In this document: positions 42,397 to 54,663 of the stretch, in pieces
How the letters are laid out: the number at the start of each line of letters is the position of its first letter
Numbering within the stretch: the stretch's first letter is position 1
NCBI GenBank assembly: GCA_963724095.1
Contig: CAVRTH010000005.1
Coordinates: 72,155 to 136,154, forward strand
Source of the DNA: an uncultured Chloroflexia bacterium
Lineage (GTDB): Bacteria > Chloroflexota > Limnocylindria > Limnocylindrales > CSP1-4
Reading direction: 5' to 3'
Length of the DNA stretch: 64,000 nucleotides
Notes under the pieces: model-generated
What the model saw: only the letters and a program-made list of their open reading frames with translations
What the model was told of the DNA's origin: nothing
Database searches by the model: none
Program-made: the position numbers and the translations under genes

Positions 42397-43694
42397 TCGG
42401 TCGCTACACGCTGCCCGAGATGGCGGAGCTGTGGTCCGAGCGCAGCCGTTTCGAGTACATGCTCCGCGTCGAGTTGGCGGTCCTCGCGGTCCTGGCCGAG
42501 CGCGGCGACGTCCCGGCTGAGGCAACCGCCACGATCGAGGCGCGAGCACGCGTGGACATCGACCGCATCAACGAGCTGGAGCTGACCACCGACCACGACA
42601 TCGTCGCTTTCGTCACCCAGGTGGCCGAGAGCGTCGGCGACGCGGGGCGCTACCTGCACTACGGACTGACCAGCAGCGACGTCGTCGACACCGGCCTGGC
42701 GCTGCAGTGTCGCGCGGCCGCGGACCTCATCCTGCAACGCCTCGACGATGTCATCTCGATCGTCGTGGCCCGGGCACGTGAGCATGCCGGCACGCTCCAG
42801 ATGGGCCGGACCCACGGGGTCCACGCGGAGCCGCTGACGTTCGGGCTGAAGCTGGCCACCTGGGCCTTCGAGCTGGACCGCGCCCGGACCCGCCTGCGTG
42901 CCGCTGCCGCCGATCTCGCCACCGGCAAGATCTCCGGACCCGTGGGTACCTACTCGCAGCTGCCACCGGAGGTAGAGGCGGCGGCCCTCGGTCACCTCGG
43001 CCTGGCAGTCGACCCGGCCAGCACGCAGATCGTGCAGCGCGATCGTCATGCAGCCTTCCTCGCCGCCATCGCCATCACCGGTGGCTCCATCGAGCGCTTC
43101 GCCGTCGAGATCCGCAATCTCCAGCACAGCGAGATCGCGGAAGTGGGGGAGCCCTTCAAGCACGGCCAGACCGGCTCGTCAGCCATGCCGCACAAGCGCA
43201 ACCCGATCCTGGCCGAGCGTCTCACCGGCATGTCGCGGCTGCTGCGCGGCTATGCCCTCGCCGGCATGGAGGATCAGGCACTGTGGCACGAGCGCGACAT
43301 CAGCCACTCCTCGGTCGAACGGGTCGCTCTGCCGGGCGCCACGACGCTGCTGCACTACATGCTGGAGCGTTTCGCTGGCCTCGTCGAAGGGATGGTGGTG
43401 CGCCCCGAGCGCATGGCGGAGAACATCGAGCGCGGTCACGGTCTGCATGCGTCTTCGCGTCTGCTGTCGACGCTCATCGATGCGGGCATGTCACGCACCG
43501 ACGCGTACACGATCGTCCAGCGCAACGCCCTGCGCGCGGCCGACGAGCGCACCACTCTGCGGTCGCTCGTCGAGGCCGACGTCGCCGTCACCGCCATCCT
43601 CGATGCCGACGCCCTCGATCGCTGTTTCGACGACCGGGCCTGGCTGGTGCATGTCGACGAGGTCATCGCACGACTGGCGCGCCTGGACCCATGA
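42393..43694 (+). CDS. purB: Adenylosuccinate lyase
   Basis: VIGRYTLPEMAELWSE..., signature GSSAMPHKRNP. GTG 42393 overlaps the purA stop. Confidence 0.95.
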   Translation: MIGRYTLPEMAELWSERSRFEYMLRVELAVLAVLAERGDVPAEATATIEARARVDIDRINELELTTDHDIVAFVTQVAESVGDAGRYLHYGLTSSDVVDTGLALQCRAAADLILQRLDDVISIVVARAREHAGTLQMGRTHGVHAEPLTFGLKLATWAFELDRARTRLRAAAADLATGKISGPVGTYSQLPPEVEAAALGHLGLAVDPASTQIVQRDRHAAFLAAIAITGGSIERFAVEIRNLQHSEIAEVGEPFKHGQTGSSAMPHKRNPILAERLTGMSRLLRGYALAGMEDQALWHERDISHSSVERVALPGATTLLHYMLERFAGLVEGMVVRPERMAENIERGHGLHASSRLLSTLIDAGMSRTDAYTIVQRNALRAADERTTLRSLVEADVAVTAILDADALDRCFDDRAWLVHVDEVIARLARLDP

Positions 43695-45281
43695 CTGCTG
43701 GAGCGACCGGACCCGTGACCGATACTCCCCGACCTCGAGCCCTGCTTTCGGTCTCTGACAAGACCGGCCTGGCCGAACTCGCAGGGGCGCTCGCCGAGCG
43801 TGGATTCGAGTTGGTCTCCACCGGTGGCACGGCTCGCGCCATCCGCGACGCAGGCCTGGACGTCACGGAGGTGGCCGACGTCACCGGCGCTCCCGAGATG
43901 CTCGATGGCCGCGTCAAGACCCTGCACCCGCGCATCCACGGCGGCGTGCTGGCCGATCTTCGCGACCCCTCCCATCGAGCACAGCTCGCCGAGCAGGGCA
44001 TCGATCCCTTCAGCATCGTGGTCGTCAACCTCTACCAGTTCGAGAAGGCCGCGGCGCAGGCCGACATCAGCCACGAGGACCTCATCGAGGAGATCGACAT
44101 CGGGGGTCCCGCGCTGGTGCGGGCAGCGGCCAAGAACCACGCCTCGGTGGCCATCGTGTGTGACCCGGCCGACTATCCACTGATCCTGGCCCAGATCGAC
44201 CTGCACGGCGTCATCCCGCTCGAGACGCGGCGCCAGTTGGCACTGAAGGCTTTCCGCCGCACGGCCGCGTACGACGCCGCCATCGTCGCCGCGCTGGCTG
44301 CTCGCTGGGCTCCGGAGGCCCGCACGCCTGAGACGCTGCCACTGACACTCCGACGCACGCTGCCGCTGCGCTACGGCGAGAATCCACACCAGGAGGCCGC
44401 CCTCTACGCCATCGTCGGCAGCGATCCTTCCGCGGGGCCCTTCGTCGAGGGTGCCCGCCCGCTACAGGGCAAGCCGCTTTCGTACAACAACCTGCTCGAT
44501 GCCGGGGCCGCAGCGGCCATGGCCCGGGACCTGCACGGCGACGCTGTGGTCATCGTCAAGCATGGCAACCCCTGCGGCGCGGCCGAATCCGCCGATCTGC
44601 TGACGGCCTGGGAGCGAGCCCTGGCGGCCGACCCTGTCAGCGCCTTCGGCGGTGTGGTGGCGGTGCGAGGCAGGGTGGAGCGGGCATTGGCGGAGCAGCT
44701 CACCGGCCTGTTCCTGGAGATCGTCGTAGCCGAGGCCTTCGACGACGAGGCCCGGGAGAATCCTCGCGCACAAACCTGATTTGCGTCTGCTGGAGGACCC
44801 GACCATCATCCGGCCGCCTCGCCCGGCGCTGGAAGCCAGGGCGGCCGGCGGCGGCCTGCTGCTCTCGATGTCGGACGTGCTGCCCGATGACCCGGCCTCG
44901 TGGCGAACAGTCACGCGGCGCGAGCCAGATGAGCGCGAGCTGGCCGATCTCGACTTCGCCTGGCGCATGGTGCGTCACGTCAAGTCCAACGCCATCGTGC
45001 TGGCACACGATGGCGCCATCGTCGGCGTGGGTGCCGGACAGATGAACCGTGTCCAGAGTGCTCGGTTGGCGGTCGAACAGGCCGGCCAGAAGGCACTGGG
45101 TGCGGTCTGCGCGTCCGATGCCTTCTTCCCCTTCGCCGACGGCGTCGAGACCTGTCTGCGCGCCGGGGTGACCGCGGTCATCGAACCCGGTGGCTCCAAG
45201 CGCGACGCCGAGGTCATCGAGGTGGTCGACGCGGCCGGAGCCTCGATGATCTTCACCGAGCGGCGCCACTTCCGCCACTAG
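43691..45281 (+). pseudogene. purH: Bifunctional AICAR transformylase / IMP cyclohydrolase; single frameshift
   Basis: ATG 43691 overlaps the purB stop. ALLSVSDKTGL...YGENPHQ...AFDDEARE, then ILAHKPDLRLLEDP...RHFRH* in the frame of ORF 44781. One extra 'a' at 44759/60 (GA-a-TC). Confidence 0.9.
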
Positions 45282-45410
45282 CCTCGGTCGCTGCCCCGGC
45301 CGCCGGCGCCGGCGCAGCGCTCGGACCCGCTATCCGCCGGGCTGGAGCCGCCACCGCGGCCGAACCAGCCTGTCCGCCGCTGCTCGGACACCACCGCTAC
45401 CATCGACGTG

Positions 45411-46392
45411 ATGACGCGACCGATGGCCGACTGCCACAACGACCTGTTGCTGGCCGTGCAAGTCCAGCGTGACCTGGGGATCGACCGATCCGTTCGGCGA
45501 GTTCTGGCTGCCGCAGCTGCGGGCCGGCGGGGTCGTGCTGCAGGTGCTTCCCATCTGGACCGACCACCAATTCGTTGGGGAGGGAGCCTTGCGTCGGGCC
45601 CTGCAGACCGTCGAGACGGCGCGCCAGATGATCCATCGTCACAGCCATGATGTGGTCCTCGTCGCGAACGCGACCGAGCTGCGGGCGGCGCTGGCCGACG
45701 GGCGTATCGCCTTGCTGCTGTCGTTCGAGGGCATGGAGCCCGTGGGCGCTGACATCGACCTCGTCGACACCTTCTGGCACCTGGGCGTGCGCATGGCCTC
45801 GTTGACCTGGAACCGGCGCACACCGTTCGCCGATGGGCTGGCAGAGCGCGAGACCGGTGCCGGGCTCACGGCGTTGGGCGTTCGGGCAGTGGAACGCATG
45901 GAGTCGCTGGGCATGATCGTCGATGTCAGCCACCTTTCCGACGCCGGTTTCGACGACATCGCTCGCGTGGCCACACGCCCGTTCGTGGCCAGCCACTCTT
46001 CCTGCCGCGCGGTCAACGATCACCCGCGCAATCTGCGCGACGACCAGCTGCGGACGATCGCGGCAGCGGGCGGGTTCGCCGGCATGAACGCCATGGCCGA
46101 GTTCGTCGGCGGCAACGGATCGATCGACGCCTTCCTCGACCACGTCGCCCACGCCGTCGACCTGGTGGGCCCCGGGCACGTGGCGCTCGGTCTCGACTTC
46201 CTCGCCGATGTCGATGCGCAAACCCTGCCGGCCGATGCACAGCGGCGCGATACCTTCATCGAGGGCATCAGCCACCTGCCCGACCTGCCCCTGCTGGGTG
46301 AGCGTCTGGCCGAACGCCTGGGCGGTGATGCCGCAAGGCGTGTCTGCAGCGACACGATGATCGAAGTCCTGGGGCGGCTCCTTCCCGCCTGA
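45411..46392 (+). pseudogene. Membrane (renal-type, M19) dipeptidase; single frameshift near the N-terminus
   Basis: MTRPMADCHNDLLLAVQVQRDLG (frame of ORF 45408), then DPFGEFWLPQLRAGGV...DVSHLSD...SHSS (ORF 45469..46392). The junction is at c45486, next to GATC 45487-45490. Confidence 0.85.
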
Positions 46393-46434
46393 GTCACGTC
46401 GTCATGCCCGTGCTCAGGTAGCATCGACACACCC

Positions 46435-48088
46435 ATGACACAACGACGTCGTTTCTACCTGACCACCGCCATCGCCTACGCCAACAATCGGCCCGGCCTG
46501 CACACCCTCTACGAGGTCGTCGGCTGCCGACGTCATCGCCCGCTGGCATCGCATGATCGGCGACGACACCCGCTTCCTGACCGGCACCGACGAGTACTCG
46601 GTGAACATCGCCACCACGGCCGCCGAGCCAGGGTCTGGAGCCCAAGGCCTTCGTCGACGAGATGGTGGCGCTCTTCCAGACCGCCGAGGACGCCCTCGGC
46701 ATCAGCCCCGACCGCTTCATCCGCACCACCGACCCCGACCACACCGCGGCCGTCCACGAGATGATCCGCCGGGCTCACGCGAACGGTGACATCTACCTCG
46801 GCAAGTACGAGGGCTGGTACTGCCCCAACGAGGGCTTCCGCGCCAGCAGCGATCTCGTCGAGGACGAGTCGGGCATGCACTGCCCCAACCACCCCGATGT
46901 GGAGCTGCAGTGGCTCACGCGAGAACAACTGGTTCTTCCGCCTCTCCGCCTACCAGGAGCGCCTGGAGCAGTACTACGCCGACATGCCCGACTGGGTCCA
47001 GCCGGAGTTCCGCAAGAACGAGATGCTCGGCTTCATCCGCAAGGGCCTGGAGGACTTCAGCGTCAGCCGCGAGGGCGCGACCTGGGGCATCCCCTTCCCG
47101 ATCATGCCCGACGGCTCCAGTCGGCCAGGCGCGACGACGGTAGCTGGGACCGGCCGCGGGCACCGTCTACGTCTGGTACGACGCGCTCATCAACTACATC
47201 ACCGGCGCCGGCTTCCCCGGCGATCCCGAGCATGTTCGAGCAATGGTGGCCGGCGGACCTGCACGTCATCGGCAAGGACATCAACCGCTTCCACACCATC
47301 TTCTGGCCGGCCATGCTCATGAGCGCCGGGCTGCCGCTGCCCAGGCGCGTCTGGGTCCACGGCTGGCTGCTGGCCCAGGGCGAGCGCATGAGCAAGAGCC
47401 GCGGCAACTTCCTCGACCCGCATCGACGTGGTGGCCGCGCTCGGTCGCGACGGCACTCGCTACACCGTGCTGCGCGAGGTCGCCTTCGACCGCGACAGCG
47501 ACGTCTCCTGGGACACCTTCGTGCGCCGCTACAACGCCGACCTGGCCAACGACTTCGGCAACCTGCTCAACCGCTCGCTGTCGATGACCGAGCGCTACCG
47601 GGAGGGAGCACGGTCCGCTCCGACCGCAGGGCGCCCTGGCGATGGCCTGGGCCACGACCTTCGAGCGCTACGCCGAGAAGCTGGAGGCCTGCCTCCTGCA
47701 CGAGGCGCTCGATACGCTCTGGGGCTTCGTCGGCGAGGCCAACAAGTTCGTCGAGGCGCGAGCAGCCGTGGACGCTGGCCAAGGCGGCCAAGACCGGCGA
47801 TGGCGTCGCCGACGCTCGTCTCGATGGCGTGCTCGGCGACCTGCTCGAGGCCTGCCGCGTCATCGCCTTCGCTGCCGCGCCGTTCATGCCCGGAGGCGGC
47901 CGCCCGCGCGGCCGCGCCAGCTGGGCGTGCGCCTACGACTACGCAGCCGACGGCAACGGCGGCCCGCCGCTGCAGCGAGCTGGTGGCGCTGGGGTGCGCT
48001 CGCGCCCGGCGGTAGCATCGGCGCTCCGGAGCCCTTGTTCCCGCGGCTCGAGGTGGACGAGGAAGCGGAGAACGAAGGAGAAGCCTGA
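46435..48088 (+). pseudogene. metG: Methionyl-tRNA synthetase; at least 10 frameshifts in the sequence as given
   Basis: MTQRRRFYLTTAIAYANNRPGLH..., [94 protein letters not shown] (KMSKS), and the tail ...[12 protein letters not shown] are distributed over all three + frames. Confidence 0.9.
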
Positions 48089-48450
48089 TGGCTCATGGCG
48101 AGATCACGCACCTCGAGCTGCCCAGCGACGACCCCGGTCGCGCCAAGGCGTTCTACGAGGGCATGTTCGGCTGGCCCATCAAGTCGCCGCCTGGCCACCC
48201 CACCTACCAGATGTTCCACGCGGGCCCCGGGGACATGGGCGGCACCATCGGCCTGCGCGGCAAGAACGCACCGACCAAGCTGCGCATCTACGTGACCGTC
48301 GATTCCCTTGACGAGGCCCTGACCAAGGTCGAGGGGCTCGGCGGCAGCATCGTGGTCGAGCGGACCGAGGTTCCGGGCATGGGCTGGTATGCCGCCATCA
48401 ATGACAGCGAAGGCAGCGAGATCGGCCTCTGGGAGGCTCTGCCTGCCTGA
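48088..48450 (+). CDS. VOC (glyoxalase/bleomycin-resistance fold) family protein
   Basis: [29 protein letters not shown]...[18 protein letters not shown]. The ATG overlaps the metG TGA. Confidence 0.75.
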   Translation: MAHGEITHLELPSDDPGRAKAFYEGMFGWPIKSPPGHPTYQMFHAGPGDMGGTIGLRGKNAPTKLRIYVTVDSLDEALTKVEGLGGSIVVERTEVPGMGWYAAINDSEGSEIGLWEALPA

Positions 48451-48467
48451 GCTCGAATCCCGGCGGG

Positions 48468-49299
48468 CTGCGGCTCGTCGACTCCCACGCCCACCTCCAG
48501 GCCGATGGCCTTCGAGCACGATCGCGACGACGTCCTGGCCGCGGCCTACGCCGCCGGTGTCGAGCGCCTGCTCATCCCGGCCTGGGACCTGCCCTCGACA
48601 CACAGCGGGCTCGAGTTCGTGCGTCGGCACGGCCTGCGAACGACCGCCGGCATCCATCCGCACATCGCGGCGACCGTTGACGAGGCCATGTGGGATGCCA
48701 GTCCGGGAGCTGAGCACGTCCCGAGGACGTGGTCGGCATCGGCGAGACCGGCCTCGACTACGACCGCGGCTTCAGCCCGCGCGAGGACCAGCTGGCCAAC
48801 CTGCGTCGCCATATCGAGCTGGCCTACGAGGTGGGCCGGCCGCTGACCCTGCATTGCCGCTCCAAGCCCGGCGAGCGCGATGCCCAGGACGACCTGATCC
48901 GGCTGCTGCGCGAGGGCGGGGCCGGGAGCTCCGCAGTGGCGTGAGCGCTTCGGTCGTCGCCCACCGGGCGTGCTGCACTCCTTCAGCGGCCCCGTCGACT
49001 ATGCCGAGACCGCCCTGGAGATGGGCTTCTTCATCGCCTTCGGCGGGCTCGTCTTTCGGCGTGGGGAGGAAGCTAGTGCCGAGGTTGCGCGCATCGTCCC
49101 GCTCGATCGCCTGCTGACCGAGACCGACTCGCCCTACCTCAAGCCGAAGAAGGTTCGCGGCAGCCGCAACCAGCCCCTGAACGTGGCTGTCACCGCCAAC
49201 TGGCTGCGTGACCTGCGTGACGATGATCCCGGGACGTTCGGCCAGGCGCTGGTCGACAACTTCGATCTCTTCGTCGGCGCTACACGGCAGAGCGACTGA
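48468..49299 (+). pseudogene. tatD: TatD-family metal-dependent hydrolase; at least 3 frameshifts, start codon unresolved
   Basis: LRLVDSHAHLQAD / AFEHDRDDVLAAAYAAGVERLLIP...GIHPH / VVGIGETGLDYDR...LTLHCR / LHSFSGP...TETDSPYL are in different frames. Confidence 0.8.
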
Positions 49300-50042
49300 C
49301 CAAGCGCCTTCGTCAGCTCAGCGCCGCTGCCGTCGCTGATGCGGCAGGCCACCTGCGTCGCGCTCACCGGCCAGCACTCGATGGTGATGGGCGTGCCCGG
49401 CAATGCCGGGAGTGCGTAGCCGATGCGATAGCAGTCTGGCTCGACCAGCCGCCTCCCGTCGGGCATCCGCGACAGAGCGTCGTCGACCATGTCCACGTAC
49501 GCCGCGTTGTTCATGTGTCGCATCGGATCGACGTCAAGCGGCCGCACCCGTGTCGAGAGCCTGGTCACCTCGCCGGTCGGCTCGGGCAATCCGATGCGAT
49601 CACGTACGAACCCCTGCCCGGTGGAGAAGTAGCCGGCGATCTCGCGGGGCACCTTGGCCGGCCGACCGGCGTTCGTGAGCAGCACCCAGTCGGTATCAAC
49701 GGTGGCTGCCTCCGCGCCGGACGCGTCGCCGGCGCTGGAGCCAACCCGCCGGATCTCGGTACGGCGTCGTGCCCACACGTGCCTCCAGCCGATGACCTCG
49801 GTGCTGATGGCCAGCGTGTCACCGTAGGTGATCGGGCGCGCGATCGACACCTTGACGTTGCGCACCAGCCAGTTCATGCCGCGATCGAGGTACCAGTCGC
49901 GATCGAAGCCGGCCTCCTCGCTGTGCCGCCAGGCCATGTCCTGGGCGTAGCGCAGCAAGCCAGACGCTCGCAACCAGCCGTCGGCATCGGCCTCGTCGAA
50001 GCGGACCCGGTACTCGTGCTCGATGCGCCGCGGTCGTTCCAC
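49134..50042 (-). CDS. Acyl-ACP-thioesterase-like double hot-dog protein (3' end doubtful)
   Basis: Two hot-dog halves: YRVRFDEADADGWLRASGLLRYAQD... and VRPLDVDPMRHMNNAAYVDMV.... The last ~55 codons run antisense through the tatD 3' end. Confidence 0.6.
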   Translation of the reverse strand: MERPRRIEHEYRVRFDEADADGWLRASGLLRYAQDMAWRHSEEAGFDRDWYLDRGMNWLVRNVKVSIARPITYGDTLAISTEVIGWRHVWARRRTEIRRVGSSAGDASGAEAATVDTDWVLLTNAGRPAKVPREIAGYFSTGQGFVRDRIGLPEPTGEVTRLSTRVRPLDVDPMRHMNNAAYVDMVDDALSRMPDGRRLVEPDCYRIGYALPALPGTPITIECWPVSATQVACRISDGSGAELTKALGQSLCRVAPTKRSKLSTSAWPNVPGSSSRRSRSQLAVTATFRGWLRLPRTFFGLR

Positions 50043-50119
50043 CGGACCAGTGTATGTGGGGCTGGCGCACCCGGCGCTGTCGGCGATCGGGCACTATCGC
50101 GGGGTACCTTTCCCGTGGG

Positions 50120-50995
50120 ATGGCCGACGGGGACTGCAGCGGGCTGGCCCGGGAGCGCCAAGGTGGTGGCCTGCTGGGCTGCCGAGCCTGCGGCGTCGCG
50201 CTCACCGAAGGTGCACGTTTCCGTGCCTCTTGTGGGATGCCGGAGCGTGACCGCCTGCTCGAGCTGCTGGGCCGTGCTTGGCCACGCTGCTCTTCGCCGA
50301 CATCGTCGGCTTCACCGGCCTCAACGAGAGTCGAGATCCCGAACCGGTGTCCTCGAGGACGGCAGCACCATTCGAGCGCCTCTCGCGTGAGTTGGAACGG
50401 TATGAAGACACGATCGAGAAGTTCGCCGGCGCGGCATGCTCGCGGTCTTCGGTGTGCCCACGGGCCACGAGGACGACCCCGAGCGTGCCGTCCGTGCGGC
50501 CCTCGAGATGCAGGCTATCGCCGGGGGAGTGGGCTCGGAGGCTGCGGATAGCTCCGACCTGCAGCTGCGCATCGGTATCGAGACTGGTGAAGTGCTCGTC
50601 GACCAGACGCGCGCGGCGACCGCACGTGGGTGAGGCATGGCGCCTCTGGCCGGAGGATCCACAGGCATCGGCGGCAGCGCTCTCGACCTGGGCCAGCGAC
50701 CACCCAGACCTTTTTGACCTCGCCTTCCAGTCTCGCCCGGGCGCTCTCTCGCATGGCCCTGCGGGTCGTCGAGGACGCTGCCAGCATGCTCGAGGAGCAG
50801 GGTCTGCTGCTTCTCGCCGCCGACGCCTGGGCGGATGCCGCCATCTTGGCTGCCCGCGCCGCCATCGAGTCAGACGCCGAACGCCGCGCGATCGGACTCT
50901 GCGAGCGGATGGGCGCGCACCCGCTGCTCGGGCCAGTGCCCGAGAGGCGCTGGCGAGACACGGCAGCAACGAAGGAAATCTCGTCGGGCGCTTGA
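50120..50995 (+). pseudogene. Zinc-ribbon plus class III adenylate/guanylate cyclase remnant, frameshifted and internally collapsed
   Basis: CRACGVALTEGARF.ASCG, ATLLFADIVGFTGL, TIEKFAG / AMLAVFGVPTGHEDDPERAVRAALEM...RIGIETGEVLV lie in different frames. About 120 codons of unrelated helical tail follow. No ATPase or TPR body, which long relatives carry. Confidence 0.5.
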
Positions 50996-51020
50996 CACGG
51001 CGTGCCGCTTGTCCTACAGT
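50992..51020 (+). promoter_or_regulatory. Sigma-70-type promoter of groES-groEL
   Basis: TTGACA (50992-50997), 17-nt spacer, TACAGT (51015-51020). Confidence 0.65.
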
Positions 51021-51021
51021 T

Positions 51022-51048
51022 CTGGCACTCTCACCTTGAGAGTGCTAA
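51022..51048 (+). promoter_or_regulatory. CIRCE operator (HrcA binding site)
   Basis: CTGGCACTC-N9-GAGTGCTAA versus the consensus TTAGCACTC-N9-GAGTGCTAA. It sits immediately after the -10 hexamer. Confidence 0.85.
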
Positions 51049-51135
51049 CCAAAGAAGCGATGCGGGTACAGGGCCCCTGGCCTAGCCGGGCGAGGCCCCC
51101 CGCCGCGAGAACACCACACCTAGGAGGGAACCGCG

Positions 51136-51438
51136 TTGGCGACTGCCACCAAGCTCCGCCCCCTCGGCGATCGCGTCGTCGTTCAGCCGACTGCTCGTGA
51201 AGAGATGACCAAGAGCGGCATCGTCCTGCCGGACACCGCCAAGGAGAAGCCCCAGGAGGGCACCATCATCGCTGCCGGCCCCGGCCGCCTCACCGACGAT
51301 GGTGAGCGTGAGGCCATGGACGTCAAGGTCGGCGACAAGGTCCTCTACGCCAAGTACGCCGGCACTGAGTTCAAGGTCGATGACGAGGAATACCTCATCG
51401 TCAGCCAGAAGGACATCCTCGCCGTCGTCGAGGCCTAG
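51136..51438 (+). CDS. groES: Co-chaperonin GroES
   Basis: SD aggaggg plus TTG 51136. [13 protein letters not shown]...[15 protein letters not shown]. Confidence 0.95.
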   Translation: MATATKLRPLGDRVVVQPTAREEMTKSGIVLPDTAKEKPQEGTIIAAGPGRLTDDGEREAMDVKVGDKVLYAKYAGTEFKVDDEEYLIVSQKDILAVVEA

Positions 51439-51509
51439 ACCCACGCATCGATCCGCAGCTCGGCCGAGCCCGTAGTGGGTTCGGCCGCTGTATTCCAAGG
51501 AGGAAATAG

Positions 51510-53129
<1,620 letters not shown>

Positions 53130-53170
53130 TCGTCGACGCTGACCGACGGGTCAGCCTCCCTACCTGATGA

Positions 53171-53213
53171 CCGGGGAGCCCGGGCCGGTGAGGCCCGGGC
53201 TCCCCGGTCTTTC
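53171..53213 (+). terminator. Rho-independent-type terminator after groEL
   Basis: ccggggagcccgggcc-ggtga-ggcccgggctccccgg (16-bp perfect stem) followed by tctttcc. Confidence 0.7.
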
Positions 53214-53276
53214 CGGCATCGGGCCCGGAGGGCCACCGCCGGCAGGAACGTGCGGTCCGCTCTAGACTCCGCCGCG

Positions 53277-54632
53277 ATGAGCCGTGTCCCCTCCGTCGCG
53301 TCTGCGCGCGTCCGTCGTGCCCTCGGGTGGGCCGCTTCCGTAGCACTGCTCGCGGGCAGCCTCGGTGTCCCGGTCGTCGCGCAGGACCTGCCTGCCTGCG
53401 GAGACGAGCGCGCCTACGACTGCCGCTTGCCCGACTGGTCCGATGCCGTCGATGGCGATCTACCCAGCCTCTTTGGCCAGGTGCAGGGGATCGTCTGGCT
53501 GGACGATCTCGAAGGTGACGCCGGGCCGGGCGGCCTTGACATCCTGGGGGTCGGCCTTGGGCGAGTCGATATCGCCGATCCGGGTGCCATCCGCGGATCG
53601 GATGAGCTGCTCAAGGCGGGCAAACGCAAGAAGGCCGTCTCGGGAGGGCCGGGGGTGCTCGTCCGCATCGTTCTTGATCGTCCTCTCGACCAGGTCGACG
53701 CGAACCACTCGGGTGTGCACGTGGCCACCGATGTCGACAACTCCCGCAGCAACAATGCGCCCACCGGGGTCGCTGCGCCCGACAGCCCGTTCGCCGCCAG
53801 TCAGGACATCTACTCGCTCACCTGGGCGTCGACCACCGGCAAGACTGCGCTGCTGGCGAGCAACCTGGCCAAGGGCTGGTATGGCGCCAAGACGCCCTTC
53901 GCGGCGGCGTGGGCGGCGCCCAACGTGCTGGACATGCTCTTCACCCCCGAGAGATTCGGACAGGGCTTTCGTGTCATCACCCACGTCGATGGCGATGGCG
54001 ATGGCGACCGCTACGACAGCGTCTCATTCGGCGTCGGCCCGATCCCGAGCGATGGCCGCGTCGCACTCGTCCCCACGTGTATCGAGGGTTCCATCAGCGC
54101 TGAGCCATTCATGGTCGAGCAGATGGTCGAGAACGGGCAGACCCTGCGAGACGTGGAGGCGCCGGCTTCCTGGCGCGGTGGCGCGAGCCTGCCGGTCGAT
54201 GACGACACACGGTCCGCCCTCGGCGCGCTCATCGAGGCCAACGGGGCCGAGGCTGATGGCTGGATCGGCATCCCCTCGACGGTCAGCCTATTCGAGGACG
54301 GCCTCGTCATCCGTCAGCGGCCGCAACTCCAGATCGCCCTCGATGGCGACCAGGCACAGCTGGCGGTCGAACTGGGTCTGACGCGGCGCGGGTACAACGT
54401 CCTGCGTGATCTCGAGCTCGAGCCGACCGGTGACCAGCGGGTTGACGCCTGGCTTCAACGTGCGACCGACTCGGTCAGCGAGTACCTGCCGCCGTTCCGC
54501 TCGACCAAGCAGGTCGGCCTGGTGGCTGGAGAGGGGATCGGCAGCTGCATCCCATGGCTGGCAGCCGAGCCTGGCCCGGCTCCAGTGGCCTCCGGCGAGC
54601 CCGCCTCCGATGTCCCTGCGGCGAACGCCTGA
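53277..54632 (+). CDS. Secreted hypothetical protein (451 aa), no family recognised
   Basis: Signal peptide MSRVPSVASARVRRALGWAASVALLAGSLGVPVVAQD. Intact ORF. HVDGDGDGDRYD acidic motif. TAGACT lies 8 nt before the ATG. Confidence 0.6.
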   Translation: MSRVPSVASARVRRALGWAASVALLAGSLGVPVVAQDLPACGDERAYDCRLPDWSDAVDGDLPSLFGQVQGIVWLDDLEGDAGPGGLDILGVGLGRVDIADPGAIRGSDELLKAGKRKKAVSGGPGVLVRIVLDRPLDQVDANHSGVHVATDVDNSRSNNAPTGVAAPDSPFAASQDIYSLTWASTTGKTALLASNLAKGWYGAKTPFAAAWAAPNVLDMLFTPERFGQGFRVITHVDGDGDGDRYDSVSFGVGPIPSDGRVALVPTCIEGSISAEPFMVEQMVENGQTLRDVEAPASWRGGASLPVDDDTRSALGALIEANGAEADGWIGIPSTVSLFEDGLVIRQRPQLQIALDGDQAQLAVELGLTRRGYNVLRDLELEPTGDQRVDAWLQRATDSVSEYLPPFRSTKQVGLVAGEGIGSCIPWLAAEPGPAPVASGEPASDVPAANA

Positions 54633-54663
54633 GCGCAGCGCCGACGTTCTCTAGACTGTCCTC

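Noticed and set aside
48448-48470. A tRNA-like T-arm string (ctcgaatcccgg).
   Set aside because: There is no acceptor, D or anticodon arm context. It sits at the VOC/tatD junction within coding or leader sequence. No other tRNA- or rRNA-like segment was seen in the window.
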